DNA from: Podarcis cretensis
Taxonomy: Eukaryota
DNA length: 64,000 nucleotides
Direction: 5' to 3'
Assembly (NCBI GenBank): GCA_951804945.1
Contig: OX638155.1
Span: 5,394,001-5,458,000 of the forward strand
The position numbers were made by a program, and so were the translations under genes. Positions 1 to 10,712 of this stretch are shown here, in pieces (position 1 is the stretch's first letter; each line of letters starts with the position of its first letter). The notes below the pieces were generated by a model. The model saw only the letters and a list, made by a program, of their open reading frames with translations, ran no database searches and was not told the DNA's origin.

Positions 1-2312
1 CTAAGAGCTCCAAGCAGTATTTCCAGCTGGATCCTCATTCTGGGGATGTGACAGTAAAGGATAAAATAGATCGGGAGTCCCTGTGTGGTCAGAATGAACC
101 TTGTGTTCTACTCTCTGAAATAGTACTGGAAAAGCCATTGCAGCTACACAGAATTGAAGTTCAGATAGAGGACGTGAATGATAATTCCCCCAAATTCTCT
201 AAAAATCAATTCCTTCTTGAAATACCTGAGCAGACTCCTGTGGATATCAGATTCCCTTTGGAAAGTGCAGAAGATACAGACAAAGGAAAAAATGCTGTTC
301 AGAACTACACCCTTAGTCCTAACGAACATTTTAGGCTGGATGTGCAAAGTCACAGTGATGGTAGCAAATATGCAGAATTGGTGTTAGAGAAATCGCTAGA
401 CCGTGAGGTGAATCCACAGATTTCCCTTATTCTGTCAGCAATTGATGGAGGAATCCCAAAAAGAACTGGAACAGCACAAATAATCATTGATGTTCTGGAT
501 GCTAATGATAATTTGCCTCAGTTTCCACAATCTGAGTACAAAGTGAAACTAAAGGAAAATAGCCCATTGGATACGCTGGTCACCAAAGTTGAAGCCACTG
601 ACAGGGATCTTGGTTTCTATGCACATATCACTTATTCATTCAGCCAAGTGCCAGAAAATGTAGTCAGATTGTTCAAGTTAAACAAATATTCCGGGGAGCT
701 TACTACTGCAGGAAAAATTGATTATGAAGAAAATACAAATTATAAGATGAACATCAGAGCTACAGACGGAGGGGGCCTTTCTGCTTACTGTAAAGTCATT
801 GTAGAGATTGAGGATGAGAACGACAATGCTCCAGAGATTACCATCACATCCATCACCAGTCCCTTACCTGAGGACTCTCCCCCAGACACAGTGGTGGCCC
901 TATTCAGTGTCACAGATGTGGACTCTGGAGACAGTGGCAGAACTGCCTGCACCACTGAAGTCAACCTGCCATTTGTGCTCAAATCCACAGAGAACAACTA
1001 TTACCGGCTGGTGACCCAACAGCCACTGGACAGAGAACAAGCCTCTGAGTATAACATCACCATCACAGCCACGGACAGAGGCTCTCCCAGACTCACTTCC
1101 ACAAGAATACTTCATGTGCAAATCTCAGATGTCAATGACAACCCTCCAGTCTTTGAAAAGCCATTCTATGAAATGCAGTTAAGAGAAAACAATATTCCTG
1201 GTCTTCTGATCAATTCAGTCCATGCTGTTGATCTGGACACAGCGCAGAATGCCAAGGTGACCTACTCGCTTTTGCCTGGGAAGGCCAGTGATGGCCCCAC
1301 ATCCTCTTACATCTCCATCAACTCTGAAACGGGGAACCTGTATGCCATTCGGTCTCTGGATTATGAGGAAGTAAAAGATTTCCAGGTGACGGTGAGGGCT
1401 GTGGATTCAGGTTCCCCTCCACTGAGCTCAGAAGTTCCCATCCGCGTTCAGGTCGTGGATGAAAATGACAATGCCCCCTTCATCCTCTACCCTCTCCAGA
1501 ATGGCACTTCCCCCTCAAATGACCTGGTTCCCCGAGGGGCAGAGACTGGCTACCTGGTCACCAAGGTGGTGGCTGTGGACAGGGATTCTGCGCAGAACTC
1601 TTGGCTTTCCTACCAGCTGCTGAAGGCCACAGAGCCGGGTCTGTTCACGGTGGGGGCCCAGAATGGAGAAGTGACCACCCTGAGGCCGGTCAGCAACCGA
1701 GACAGCTTCAAGCAGAATCTGATTGTGGTGGTCCGAGACAATGGCCATCCTCCCCAGTCCACCTCTGCCACGCTCAGAATCCTGCTAGTGGACGGCTTCT
1801 CTGACCCTTATCTGAAAAGTGTGGCTCTCCCAAAGGAGGAAACAGTGGAGGAGGAAGACCCCAGCCTGACTATGTATCTGATCATCTGCTTGGCTGCCAT
1901 CTCAAGCATCTTTCTCTTTTCTGTGGTGGCGTTTGTTGTCATCAAGTTGCAGAAACGTGAAAAGTTCAAAGGAACTTACAACTCTGGAGCCAATTTCCCG
2001 GTGGGACCTGATTCCCAGGAGATTTCTGCGGATTCTGGTGCTGGATCTCTATCCCAGGCTTACAACTATGAGGTGTGCTTAGCTGGTGGGTCTCTGAACA
2101 GCGAGTTCCGGTTTCTCAGGCCCCTGTTTCCTGTTTTCTCTGTGGAGCCTCCTAACACTCAGCTGAATCCAAGGAGTTCCAATGATTCTGACGGAGTCCC
2201 CAGTCATGCAGGTGAAAGTCAAAACATTATCCAGGTGAGTTCAGCATTTGAATCCTTTGAGCGTGGTTTAATTTCATTTTCTCTCTCTAGTTTGGTCCCC
2301 TTGTATCTGTGA
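1..2312 (+). CDS. PCDHB: Clustered protocadherin beta-type variable exon, class A copy 1 (A1); 5'-truncated by the window edge
   Basis: Frame is open from position 3 (KSSKQYFQLDPHSG...). It has six cadherin repeats (DRE, DxNDN, AxDxG), a TM helix (MYLIICLAAISSIFLFSVVAFVVI) and the beta-type cytoplasmic motif YEVCLAGGSLNSEFRFLRP. Donor CAG|GTGAGT at 2234/2235. Family-level symbol only. Confidence 0.93.
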   Translation, partial: KSSKQYFQLDPHSGDVTVKDKIDRESLCGQNEPCVLLSEIVLEKPLQLHRIEVQIEDVNDNSPKFSKNQFLLEIPEQTPVDIRFPLESAEDTDKGKNAVQNYTLSPNEHFRLDVQSHSDGSKYAELVLEKSLDREVNPQISLILSAIDGGIPKRTGTAQIIIDVLDANDNLPQFPQSEYKVKLKENSPLDTLVTKVEATDRDLGFYAHITYSFSQVPENVVRLFKLNKYSGELTTAGKIDYEENTNYKMNIRATDGGGLSAYCKVIVEIEDENDNAPEITITSITSPLPEDSPPDTVVALFSVTDVDSGDSGRTACTTEVNLPFVLKSTENNYYRLVTQQPLDREQASEYNITITATDRGSPRLTSTRILHVQISDVNDNPPVFEKPFYEMQLRENNIPGLLINSVHAVDLDTAQNAKVTYSLLPGKASDGPTSSYISINSETGNLYAIRSLDYEEVKDFQVTVRAVDSGSPPLSSEVPIRVQVVDENDNAPFILYPLQNGTSPSNDLVPRGAETGYLVTKVVAVDRDSAQNSWLSYQLLKATEPGLFTVGAQNGEVTTLRPVSNRDSFKQNLIVVVRDNGHPPQSTSATLRILLVDGFSDPYLKSVALPKEETVEEEDPSLTMYLIICLAAISSIFLFSVVAFVVIKLQKREKFKGTYNSGANFPVGPDSQEISADSGAGSLSQAYNYEVCLAGGSLNSEFRFLRPLFPVFSVEPPNTQLNPRSSNDSDGVPSHAGESQNIIQVSSAFESFERGLISFSLSSLVPLYL

Positions 2313-3103
2313 GTTGGTAGCCTGAATTCAGCTGAGTGAACAAAATATGAATGTGGGTTTGAAATTCTACTTTAAAAATTCTGTTCCATTTACCTGTGAC
2401 CTTGTATTTTGATATTGTTGTTTCTGTCCTTGCATAGAGGAATATACACTTTCGTATTAATATTTTTGTGGTTTGATGTGCTATAGAATAACTTCATAAC
2501 CTCTTTAAACACTCTGTATGGGAGGGGGGTGTCACTCAAAAGCTGAGATACCGATTGTTTTCAGATGACCAGTTTATTACTTTTTCAAAAAGAAATAAAG
2601 TGATACAAAGAAAAAAAGAGGGGAATGAGGAAAAAGAAGAACAATGCTGTGTATAAGAATTTTTTTTTACAAAAAATCAATGTAATGCACTCCCATACTG
2701 TAATCCATACATACGTATTAATAGCCTGCTGCATTCTCTGTGTGCAGGGCATATAGCATCAAGCAAAAGTTATCATACACTTTCCAAGGTATTTTCGTGT
2801 CGTTTTCCTCACTGCAAACTGTTTGACTGAGGGCCAGGGAGGGAGACTGTTCCACAAGAGCACCATATGTACTGTGCATCTTGAATTTCCACGTATTAGA
2901 TTGAATCCCATGCACAACAATGTAGAACTATAGAAGGTAATTTTGTGATATTTGCATTCATTCATATGGAAAAGAGGCATCTTCCTAGTAATAAAACAGA
3001 CTTTTATGAACAGAGAAACAGTGAATCTGAAGCTTTCCTGTACAGTGTAATGTGCACTGCATTCAGTGTTATTTACTGAATCTTAGTGGCTTTTCTTTGC
3101 TCA

Positions 3104-3120
3104 GCCACACGGTGGTAGTA
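3104..3120 (+). promoter_or_regulatory. CSE / CTCF-like promoter element of B1
   Basis: GCCACACGGTGGTAGTA, ~247 bp upstream of ATG 3351; matches the CTCF core CCAC.AGGTGGC at the position of clustered-Pcdh CSEs. Confidence 0.65.
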
Positions 3121-3350
3121 CAGGCAAAGACATGAACTGGAATTCAGAATTTTGTGAAGGAACTCACAGGAAGCCATGAGCAAAAAGGTGGCTGGAACAA
3201 AGGACGGGTGACTTTCATATGTGATAAAGAGATAACATAAAGTACAGCAAAGCCATCAACACGGCAGCATCAAATTCCTTTCTACAGCAGCAGAGATTAT
3301 CACTGGAAGACTGTCAGAAACTTCATCTTTTGGCCAGAGATTCTTGAGCC

Positions 3351-5780
3351 ATGGGAGACGGCTACAGAAAGGAACAAGGTCTGTATTTTTTGCTTTTCCT
3401 TTGTCTTCCTGGAGCACTGAGTATTTCACTTCACTATTCTGTGCCTGAAGAAAAGAAAAGGGGGTCTTTGGTGGCTAATGTGCTGGAGGATTTGAAACTG
3501 GGAACAGGGGAGCTCTCTGCTCGCAGAGCCCAGCTGGTTTCTAAGAACACTAAGCATTATTTTCATCTTGATACCAAGACTGGGAATTTGTTGATAAATG
3601 ATAAAATAGACCGAGAAACATTATGTGGCCAGACTGATCCTTGCTTATTACAGTCTGAAATAGTGTTGCAAAATCCCTTAAAGATCTACAGTATTGAAGT
3701 CAAGATAGAAGATGTGAATGACAATGTCCCTAAATTCTCTAAAAAGGCATTTGATCTGGAAATTCCTGAAAATTTCTCACCAAATACTCATTTCCCTTTG
3801 GAATCTGCCCGAGATGAGGACCTGGGGATAAATAACATCCAAAACTACACTCTCAGTCCCAATGAATATTTCCGGCTTGATGTTAAAAGTGAAGAGGATG
3901 GAAACAAGTATGTGGATCTTGTCCTGGAGAAGCCGCTGGACAGGGAGAAGGACTCACACTTTAGACTGACTCTCACAGCTGTTGATGGAGGGGAGCCACA
4001 GAGAACAGGCACAGTTCAAATAAATATTGATGTTCTTGACAATAATGATAATTCCCCACAGTTTACTCATTCTGAATATAAAGTAAGGTTAAAGGAAAAC
4101 AGCCCACAGGGTGCTCTGGTCTTCAAAGTGGAAGCTACAGATTTGGATTTCGGTTCAAATGCACAGATCACCTACTCATTCCACCGGGTACCTGAAAAAA
4201 TATATGATTTGTTCCACCTAAATGAAATCACGGGGGAAATCACTCTTTCTGGTCAGCTTGATTATGAAAAAGAAACCAGCTACAGCATGAACATCAGAGC
4301 AACAGATGGAGGGGGACTTTTGGATCACTGCAAGGTCCTAGTAGAGACTGAAGACGTGAATGACAATGTCCCTGAAGTGTCCATCATATCCATCACTAGT
4401 CCTTTGGCAGAGGATTCTCCCCTGGAGACACTTGTGGCTCTCTTCACTGTCGCAGATCGAGACTCTGGAGACAATGGCAGAACCATGTGCTCTGCGGAGG
4501 CAAACCTTCCTTTTATGTTAAAACCCACTATGAATAACTATTACCAGCTTGTGGTCCAAAGTCCCTTGGACAGAGAGAAGGTCTCAGAGTATAATATCAC
4601 CATCACAGCCATTGACCGAGGCTCCCCCAGGCTCACTTCAACAAGAATGATTAATGTTCAGATCTCAGATGTCAATGACAACCCTCCAGTATTTGATAAG
4701 TCTTCATGTGAAATGCAGATACGGGAAAACAATATTCCAGGACTGCTCATTGGCTCAGTCCGTGCTGCTGATCTGGACACGGAGAAGAATGCCAAGGTCA
4801 CCTACTCCCTTTTGCCTGGGAAGGTCACTGATGGCCTTGTGGCCTCTTACATCTCGGTCAACTCCGAAAGCGGAAATCTGTATGCCCTCCGATCTCTGGA
4901 TTACGAGCAGATCAAAGATTTCACAGTGACGGTGAGGGCTACAGATGGAGGGTCTCCTCCCCTCAGCTCAGAAGTTACTGTCCGAGTCGTAATCCTAGAC
5001 GAAAACGACAACGCTCCCTTCTTCCTCTACCCTCTTCAGAACAGCACATCCCCCTGCAATGAGCTGGTGCCCAAGTCGGTGGAGGCCGGCTACCTGGTCA
5101 CCAAGGTGGTGGCTGTGGATGGAGATTCTGGCCAGAACTCGTGGCTTTCCTATGAGCTGCTGAAGGCCACAGACCCTGGTCTTTTCAGCATAGGAGCCCA
5201 GAATGGGGAAGTGAGAACCAGGAGAGCCCTGAGCGAGCGAGACACCAGCAAGCAGAGACTCCTGATAGTGGTCAGGGACAACGGGCTCCCTCCCCAGAGC
5301 AGCACTGCCATGCTCCATGTCCTTCCCGTGGGTGGCTTTTCGGATCCTTATATGAAGGCTGTGGAGGTCAGTAAAGAGGAACAGGAAGAAGATGGGAGCT
5401 TGACCTTGTACTTGGTGATCTGCCTGGCTGCCGTCTCCTTTGTGTTCCTTGTTTGCATTGTTTCCTTTGCTGCCATCAAGATCTGCAGGAGGGATCCCAG
5501 GGAAAGTTTTATCGCTGCCCCTCCTCACTTCCCACCTGCCAGACCCGACATCCCAGAGAACTGTGGCGATTCTCAGAGCGGGTCTCTTTCCAGGAGTTAC
5601 CACTACGATGTGTGCTTAACCGGTGGGTCCTTGAGCAGCGAGTTCAGGTTCCTCAGGCCCCTCATTCCTGTTTTTTCTGTGGGGGACCCAAACCTCAATG
5701 TGAACCACACCCCTCCTTCTGCTTCCCAAGATATTCCTGACCAGGTGGGGAAAGAAGAATCAGAGGAAAAGGTGAAATAA
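3351..5780 (+). CDS. PCDHB: Protocadherin beta-type variable exon, class B copy 1 (B1)
   Basis: 809-aa ORF with signal peptide, YSVPEE EC1 start, six EC repeats, TM and YDVCLTGGSLSSEFRFLRP motif; donor AAG|GTGAAA at 5771/5772. Confidence 0.93.
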   Translation: MGDGYRKEQGLYFLLFLCLPGALSISLHYSVPEEKKRGSLVANVLEDLKLGTGELSARRAQLVSKNTKHYFHLDTKTGNLLINDKIDRETLCGQTDPCLLQSEIVLQNPLKIYSIEVKIEDVNDNVPKFSKKAFDLEIPENFSPNTHFPLESARDEDLGINNIQNYTLSPNEYFRLDVKSEEDGNKYVDLVLEKPLDREKDSHFRLTLTAVDGGEPQRTGTVQINIDVLDNNDNSPQFTHSEYKVRLKENSPQGALVFKVEATDLDFGSNAQITYSFHRVPEKIYDLFHLNEITGEITLSGQLDYEKETSYSMNIRATDGGGLLDHCKVLVETEDVNDNVPEVSIISITSPLAEDSPLETLVALFTVADRDSGDNGRTMCSAEANLPFMLKPTMNNYYQLVVQSPLDREKVSEYNITITAIDRGSPRLTSTRMINVQISDVNDNPPVFDKSSCEMQIRENNIPGLLIGSVRAADLDTEKNAKVTYSLLPGKVTDGLVASYISVNSESGNLYALRSLDYEQIKDFTVTVRATDGGSPPLSSEVTVRVVILDENDNAPFFLYPLQNSTSPCNELVPKSVEAGYLVTKVVAVDGDSGQNSWLSYELLKATDPGLFSIGAQNGEVRTRRALSERDTSKQRLLIVVRDNGLPPQSSTAMLHVLPVGGFSDPYMKAVEVSKEEQEEDGSLTLYLVICLAAVSFVFLVCIVSFAAIKICRRDPRESFIAAPPHFPPARPDIPENCGDSQSGSLSRSYHYDVCLTGGSLSSEFRFLRPLIPVFSVGDPNLNVNHTPPSASQDIPDQVGKEESEEKVK

Positions 5781-7285
5781 TTTCCAAATACTCCAGTTAG
5801 TCACTTTGACATTGGTAATTCTTTTTGCTTGGTAATTAGGCGTATCAGATGTTCTTGTGTTGCTTTTGAAATATATTGACCATATATTTTACATTTTAGA
5901 GCATGCTTCAGTTTAAAAATGATCTGTTTATTTCAAGTCCATGTGAAACTTTTTTTCTCTTTTCCCTCTGTCTTCATCGCTGGTCCATCATCTGCATTTG
6001 CTATTTCCTCTCTCCTCCTCTCTTCTTCCACCCTTCCATTTCTCAGAGAGGCCACCTCTTCCCAGCCCATTGTTGAGTTCAGATTCTTTCCTTCAGCCCT
6101 CCTGCTATTTAGGTCCTCTGCCTTTGGACTTTCTGTATATTAAAACTCACTTAGAACATCATAGCCACTGCAGATACACCAATGTGTCCCAGAATATGCA
6201 TACCTCCAAGGTGTGGACGACATACCTGTAACTGCAGCTGCTGAAGTACCTGCACACAGGAGCCCTGGTTAGAGCAGGCTTCCCAGTTATATACATGGCA
6301 TTATTTAGAGGGTCTTCTTGCTGGTGGCACCCCACCTGTGGAATTGCCTAGGATCACTGAGTACCTTTTTCAGTGTTAGATGACCTTTTTATTTATCCAG
6401 GCCTTTAAACCATTGGCATTTTGAGCAAACAAATCTGGGTTCTCATAGTTTTCTGTTTTATAATTTGAACTGTTAATATGTTAAGGGCAGGTAGACTGAC
6501 TTGTAATCTGGCATTATAATAAACAATGTGGGAGAGGGGAACATAAGCAATATAGAAGTCTGTATTTTAATGAGTCAAACCATTGGTCCAGGTATCTTTT
6601 CAGACCTACTTGAGGATGCCAGGGTTTGAAGCTGGCATGTTTTGTATGCAGAGCAGTTTTTTACTACTGAACAACAAGCCCTTTGATGTAAGAATCAGGT
6701 TCTGCTGTTTATAGTTGCAAAATGGTTCAACAGACCAACTTGAAACCTGGCATTGTAAAGAAGTACCTTTGAGGATGGTCCATACCAAACCTAGGATAGA
6801 AATGATAAGGAATGGCTTGTTTTGAATGAGTTGTTTATGTAATGAGGGTGGCAGATTGGCAGGTGCTGTGCATTTTCTTCCATCTACTTCACTGGGGGGC
6901 TTTTTCTGGAATGGTTTCTCTTTTGGATTGTATCTTTTGTAAATGGTTTCTTGACTTCGGTCAACAGGAAAGTCTAGTATGTGTTTTAATCCAATGATAG
7001 TGAAACATATTCATAGTTTTTTTATTTAAAATACTTTTTTTGTCCAATGTTAGCCAATAGGATTTCATTATGGTGTACCCACCCTGAAAGAGATGGTCAA
7101 GTGGAGGGACATTTGTGCAGTTAGCAAGTGAGTTTCAGGTGAAGAGAATCTGTTTTACACTGACAGAGTGTGGCTGAGTGAGGGACAGAAAAGCGATGGG
7201 GGAAGGAGATAAAAACATGCTATATGTTCATAGCTGTGGCAACTTAGTCAAGGCTGATTTGGCTGAATCACATCCCCCCACTATA

Positions 7286-7527
7286 CAGTGGTACCTCGGG
7301 TTAAGTACTTAATTCATTCCAGAGGTCTGTTCTTAACCTGAAACTGTTCTTAACCTGAAGCACCACTTTAGCTAATGGGGCCTCCTGCTGCTGCCGCACG
7401 GCCGGAGCACAATTTCTGTTCTCATCCTGAAGCAAAGTTCTTAACCTGAAGCACTATTTCTGGGTTAGCGGAGTCTGCTACCTGAAGCGTATGTAACCTG
7501 AAGCGTATGTAACCTGAGGTACCACTG
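7286..7527. mobile_element. Tc1/mariner-type MITE
   Basis: TIRs CAGTGGTACCTC...GAGGTACCACTG flanked by TA target duplication; internal TAACCTGAAG repeats; second copy at 40579-40819. Confidence 0.88.
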
Positions 7528-7974
7528 TAATGAGAAATGAGGGGTGAAGGCATTAAGTTCTGTGGCTTATACTTTGAAACTTGGCAACATATGTTTTGTA
7601 TAGTGCCTTCCTGCAAGTGCAGGACATGATTAGACATGGTTAAGATTGTGCTGTAAGATCTGCTGAACAGAACACTCAGCCGTGCACAGACCCTGTAACC
7701 TGAGTTCCCACCAGACTGATGTCAGATCAAGCACATCAGAAGTCTTTACCATTGCTTGGAAGAGACTCTTGCTGTTCCCTGCATTCTCCATACCCTCGAC
7801 ACAAATTAAAGAAGCAACTTGTTCCTGTCCCCTGAGCCAACAAGCAAGAAAGAAAGCTGGGAATATGGGGTTTATTTCCACTGGGGTGGCTGTTCTCTTG
7901 CCTCTCCACATGGATGTTTACCAGCTCTTATTCTGGAAAATCTTTTGTTTTTTTGCAACGCCATAACATAGTCC

Positions 7975-7995
7975 AAACACAAGGTGGTGGTATTG
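7975..7995 (+). promoter_or_regulatory. CSE / CTCF-like promoter element of A2
   Basis: AAACACAAGGTGGTGGTATTG, ~262 bp upstream of ATG 8237; the same motif precedes all class A genes. Confidence 0.6.
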
Positions 7996-8236
7996 CACAA
8001 GATAAAGGAAGGAAATTGGGGAACAGCAGTTGCTCTCCTCAAGAGCTGAAGCCATTAGACAAAGGAATCAGCACAGGAAAAAGAGCAGATCCCTATTGCA
8101 AGCCAGTCTTCAGAAATTCAGTAGGAATAAGCAGGACACAGTGTCACATTCAGAAGAAAAATACAGTTAAGAAGATACACGCCTTGGAATAGAGAAGAGG
8201 ACAATGGCTTGCACTTCAGGAGGAGAGGCTGGGAGA

Positions 8237-10708
8237 ATGGAAATGCACCTCAAGATCAGGCAAGTTTGGTCTTTTTCCCTGTGTCTCTGTGCATGCATAG
8301 CAATGTGTGAGTCCTTGCTCTATTCAGTGCCAGAGGAGGAGGAAAGTGGGTCTCTGGTAGCGAATGTGCTAAAAGATTTGAGAGTGGATGCAAAGGAGCT
8401 GTCTGCTCGGAGAGCCCGGCTGGTTTCTAAGAGCTCCAAGCAATATTTCCAGCTGGATCCTCATTCTGGGGATGTGACAGTAAAGGATAAAATAGATCGG
8501 GAGTCCCTGTGTGGTCAGAATGAACCATGTATTCTACTGTCTGAAATTGTGCTGGAAAAGCCATTGCAGCTACACAGAATTGAAGTTCAGATAGAGGACG
8601 TGAATGATAATTCCCCCAAATTCTCTAAAGATCAATTCCTTCTTGAAATATCAGAGCAAATTGCAACAAATACCCGATTTCCTTTGGAAAAAGCTCAAGA
8701 CTCAGACAAAGGAGAAAATTCTGTTCAGAACTACACCCTTAGTCCTAATGAACATTTTAGGCTGAATTTGAAAAGTCATAGTGATGGTAGCAAATATGCA
8801 GAACTGGTGTTAGAGAAACCGCTAGACCGTGAGGTAAATCCACACATTCATCTTACTCTGTCAGCTATCGATGGGGGGATCCCAAAAAGAACTGGAACAG
8901 CACAGCTTCTCATCAATATTCTGGATGCTAATGATAATGTACCTCAGTTTCCACAATCTGAGTACAAAGTGAAAGTAATGGAAAACAGCCCATTGGATAC
9001 ATTGGTCGCAAAAGTGGAAGCCACTGACAGGGATTTTGGTTCCTATGCTCACATCACTTATTCCTTCAGTGAAGTTCCAGAAAATGTGTTGAGATCATTC
9101 AAGTTAAACAAACACACTGGGGAACTTACAGTTGTAGGGATGATTGACTATGAAGAAATCAGCAGTTATGAGATGCACATCAAAGCCACAGATGGAGGGG
9201 GGCTTTCAGCTTACTGCAAAGTAATTGTGGACATTGAAGATGAGAATGACAATGCCCCAGAGATATCAATCACTTCCATCACCAGTCCCTTACCTGAGGA
9301 CTCTCCCCCAGACACAGTGGTGGCCCTTTTCAGTGTCACAGACGTGGACTCCGGGGACAGTGGCAGAACTGCCTGCACCACTGAAGTCAACCTGCCATTT
9401 GTGCTCAAACTCACAGAGAACAACTATTACCAGCTGGTGACCCAACAGCCACTGGACAGAGAACAAGCCTCTGAGTATAACATCACCATCACAGCCACAG
9501 ACAGGGGCTCTCCCAGACTCACTTCCACAAGAATACTTCATGTTCAAATCTCAGATGTCAATGACAACCCTCCAGTCTTTGATAAGCCATTCTATGAAAT
9601 GCAGTTAAGAGAAAACAATATTCCTGGTCTTCTGATCAATTCGGTCCATGCTGTTGATCTGGACACAGCGCAGAATGCCAAAGTGACTTACTCGCTTTTG
9701 CCTGGGAAGGTCAATGATGGCCCCACATCCTCTTACATCTCCATCAACTCTGAAACGGGGAACCTGTATGCCATCCGGTCACTGGATTATGAGGAAGTAA
9801 AATATTTCCATGTGACGGTGAGGGCTGTGGATTCAGGTTCCCCTCCACTGAGCTCAGAAGTTCCCATCCGCATTCAGGTTGTGGATGAAAATGACAATGC
9901 CCCCTTCATCCTCCACCCTCTCCAGAATGGCACTTCCCCCTCAAATGACCTGGTTCCCCGAGGGGCAGAGACTGGCTACCTGGTCACCAAGGTGGTGGCT
10001 GTGGACAGGGATTCTGCGCAGAACTCTTGGCTTTCCTACCAGCTGCTGAAGGCCACAGAGCCGGGTCTGTTCATGGTGGGGGCCCAGAATGGAGAAGTGA
10101 CCACCCTCAGGCCGGTCAGCAACCGAGACAGCTTCAAGCAGAATCTGATTGTGGTGGTCCGAGACAACGGCCATCCTCCCCAGTCCACCTCTGCCACGCT
10201 CAGAATCCTTCTAGTGGACGGCTTCTCTGACCCTTATCTGAAAAGTGTGGCTCTCCCAAAGGAGGAAACCGTGGAGGAGGAAGACCCCAGCCTGACTATG
10301 TATCTGATCATCTGCTTGGCTGCCATCTCAAGCATCTTTCTCATTTCTGTTGTGGCGTTTATTGTAATCAAGTTGCAGAAACGTGAAAAGTTCATAGAAA
10401 CCTACAACTCTGCAGCCAATTTCCCGGTGGGACCGGATTCCCAGGAGAACTCTGTGGATCCTGGTGCTGGATCTCTATCCCAGGCTTACAACTATGAGGT
10501 GTGCTTAGCTGGTGGGTCTCTGAACAGCGAGTTCCGGTTTCTCAGGCCCCTGTTTCCTGTTTTCTCTGTGGAGCCTCCTAACACTCAGCTGAATCCAAGG
10601 AGTTCCAATGATTCTGACGGAGTCCCCAGTCATGCGGGTGAAAGTCAACATGGGGTTCAGGTGAGAGTACCATTTGAATGGTTTAATTTCAAATATTTCT
10701 CTCTTTAG
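8237..10708 (+). CDS. PCDHB: Protocadherin beta-type variable exon, class A copy 2 (A2)
   Basis: ORF 8204-10708; likely start ATG 8237 (MEMHLKIRQV, homologous to the A5 start); six EC repeats, TM, beta motif; donor CAG|GTGAGA at 10660/10661. Confidence 0.93.
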   Translation: MEMHLKIRQVWSFSLCLCACIAMCESLLYSVPEEEESGSLVANVLKDLRVDAKELSARRARLVSKSSKQYFQLDPHSGDVTVKDKIDRESLCGQNEPCILLSEIVLEKPLQLHRIEVQIEDVNDNSPKFSKDQFLLEISEQIATNTRFPLEKAQDSDKGENSVQNYTLSPNEHFRLNLKSHSDGSKYAELVLEKPLDREVNPHIHLTLSAIDGGIPKRTGTAQLLINILDANDNVPQFPQSEYKVKVMENSPLDTLVAKVEATDRDFGSYAHITYSFSEVPENVLRSFKLNKHTGELTVVGMIDYEEISSYEMHIKATDGGGLSAYCKVIVDIEDENDNAPEISITSITSPLPEDSPPDTVVALFSVTDVDSGDSGRTACTTEVNLPFVLKLTENNYYQLVTQQPLDREQASEYNITITATDRGSPRLTSTRILHVQISDVNDNPPVFDKPFYEMQLRENNIPGLLINSVHAVDLDTAQNAKVTYSLLPGKVNDGPTSSYISINSETGNLYAIRSLDYEEVKYFHVTVRAVDSGSPPLSSEVPIRIQVVDENDNAPFILHPLQNGTSPSNDLVPRGAETGYLVTKVVAVDRDSAQNSWLSYQLLKATEPGLFMVGAQNGEVTTLRPVSNRDSFKQNLIVVVRDNGHPPQSTSATLRILLVDGFSDPYLKSVALPKEETVEEEDPSLTMYLIICLAAISSIFLISVVAFIVIKLQKREKFIETYNSAANFPVGPDSQENSVDPGAGSLSQAYNYEVCLAGGSLNSEFRFLRPLFPVFSVEPPNTQLNPRSSNDSDGVPSHAGESQHGVQVRVPFEWFNFKYFSL

Positions 10709-10712
10709 TTTG

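Noticed and set aside
1555-1575. Exonic GTCACCAAGGTGGTGGC resembling the CSE in every gene
   Set aside because: Dictated by the conserved LVTKVVAV codons and mismatched at the CCAC half of the CTCF core.
4995-5603. 202-aa antisense ORF repeated in all four B genes (and 77-aa/93-aa antisense ORFs in A and gamma genes)
   Set aside because: Shadow of the GC-rich converted sense coding sequence; its recurrence is explained by sense-strand identity, and it has no recognisable domain.
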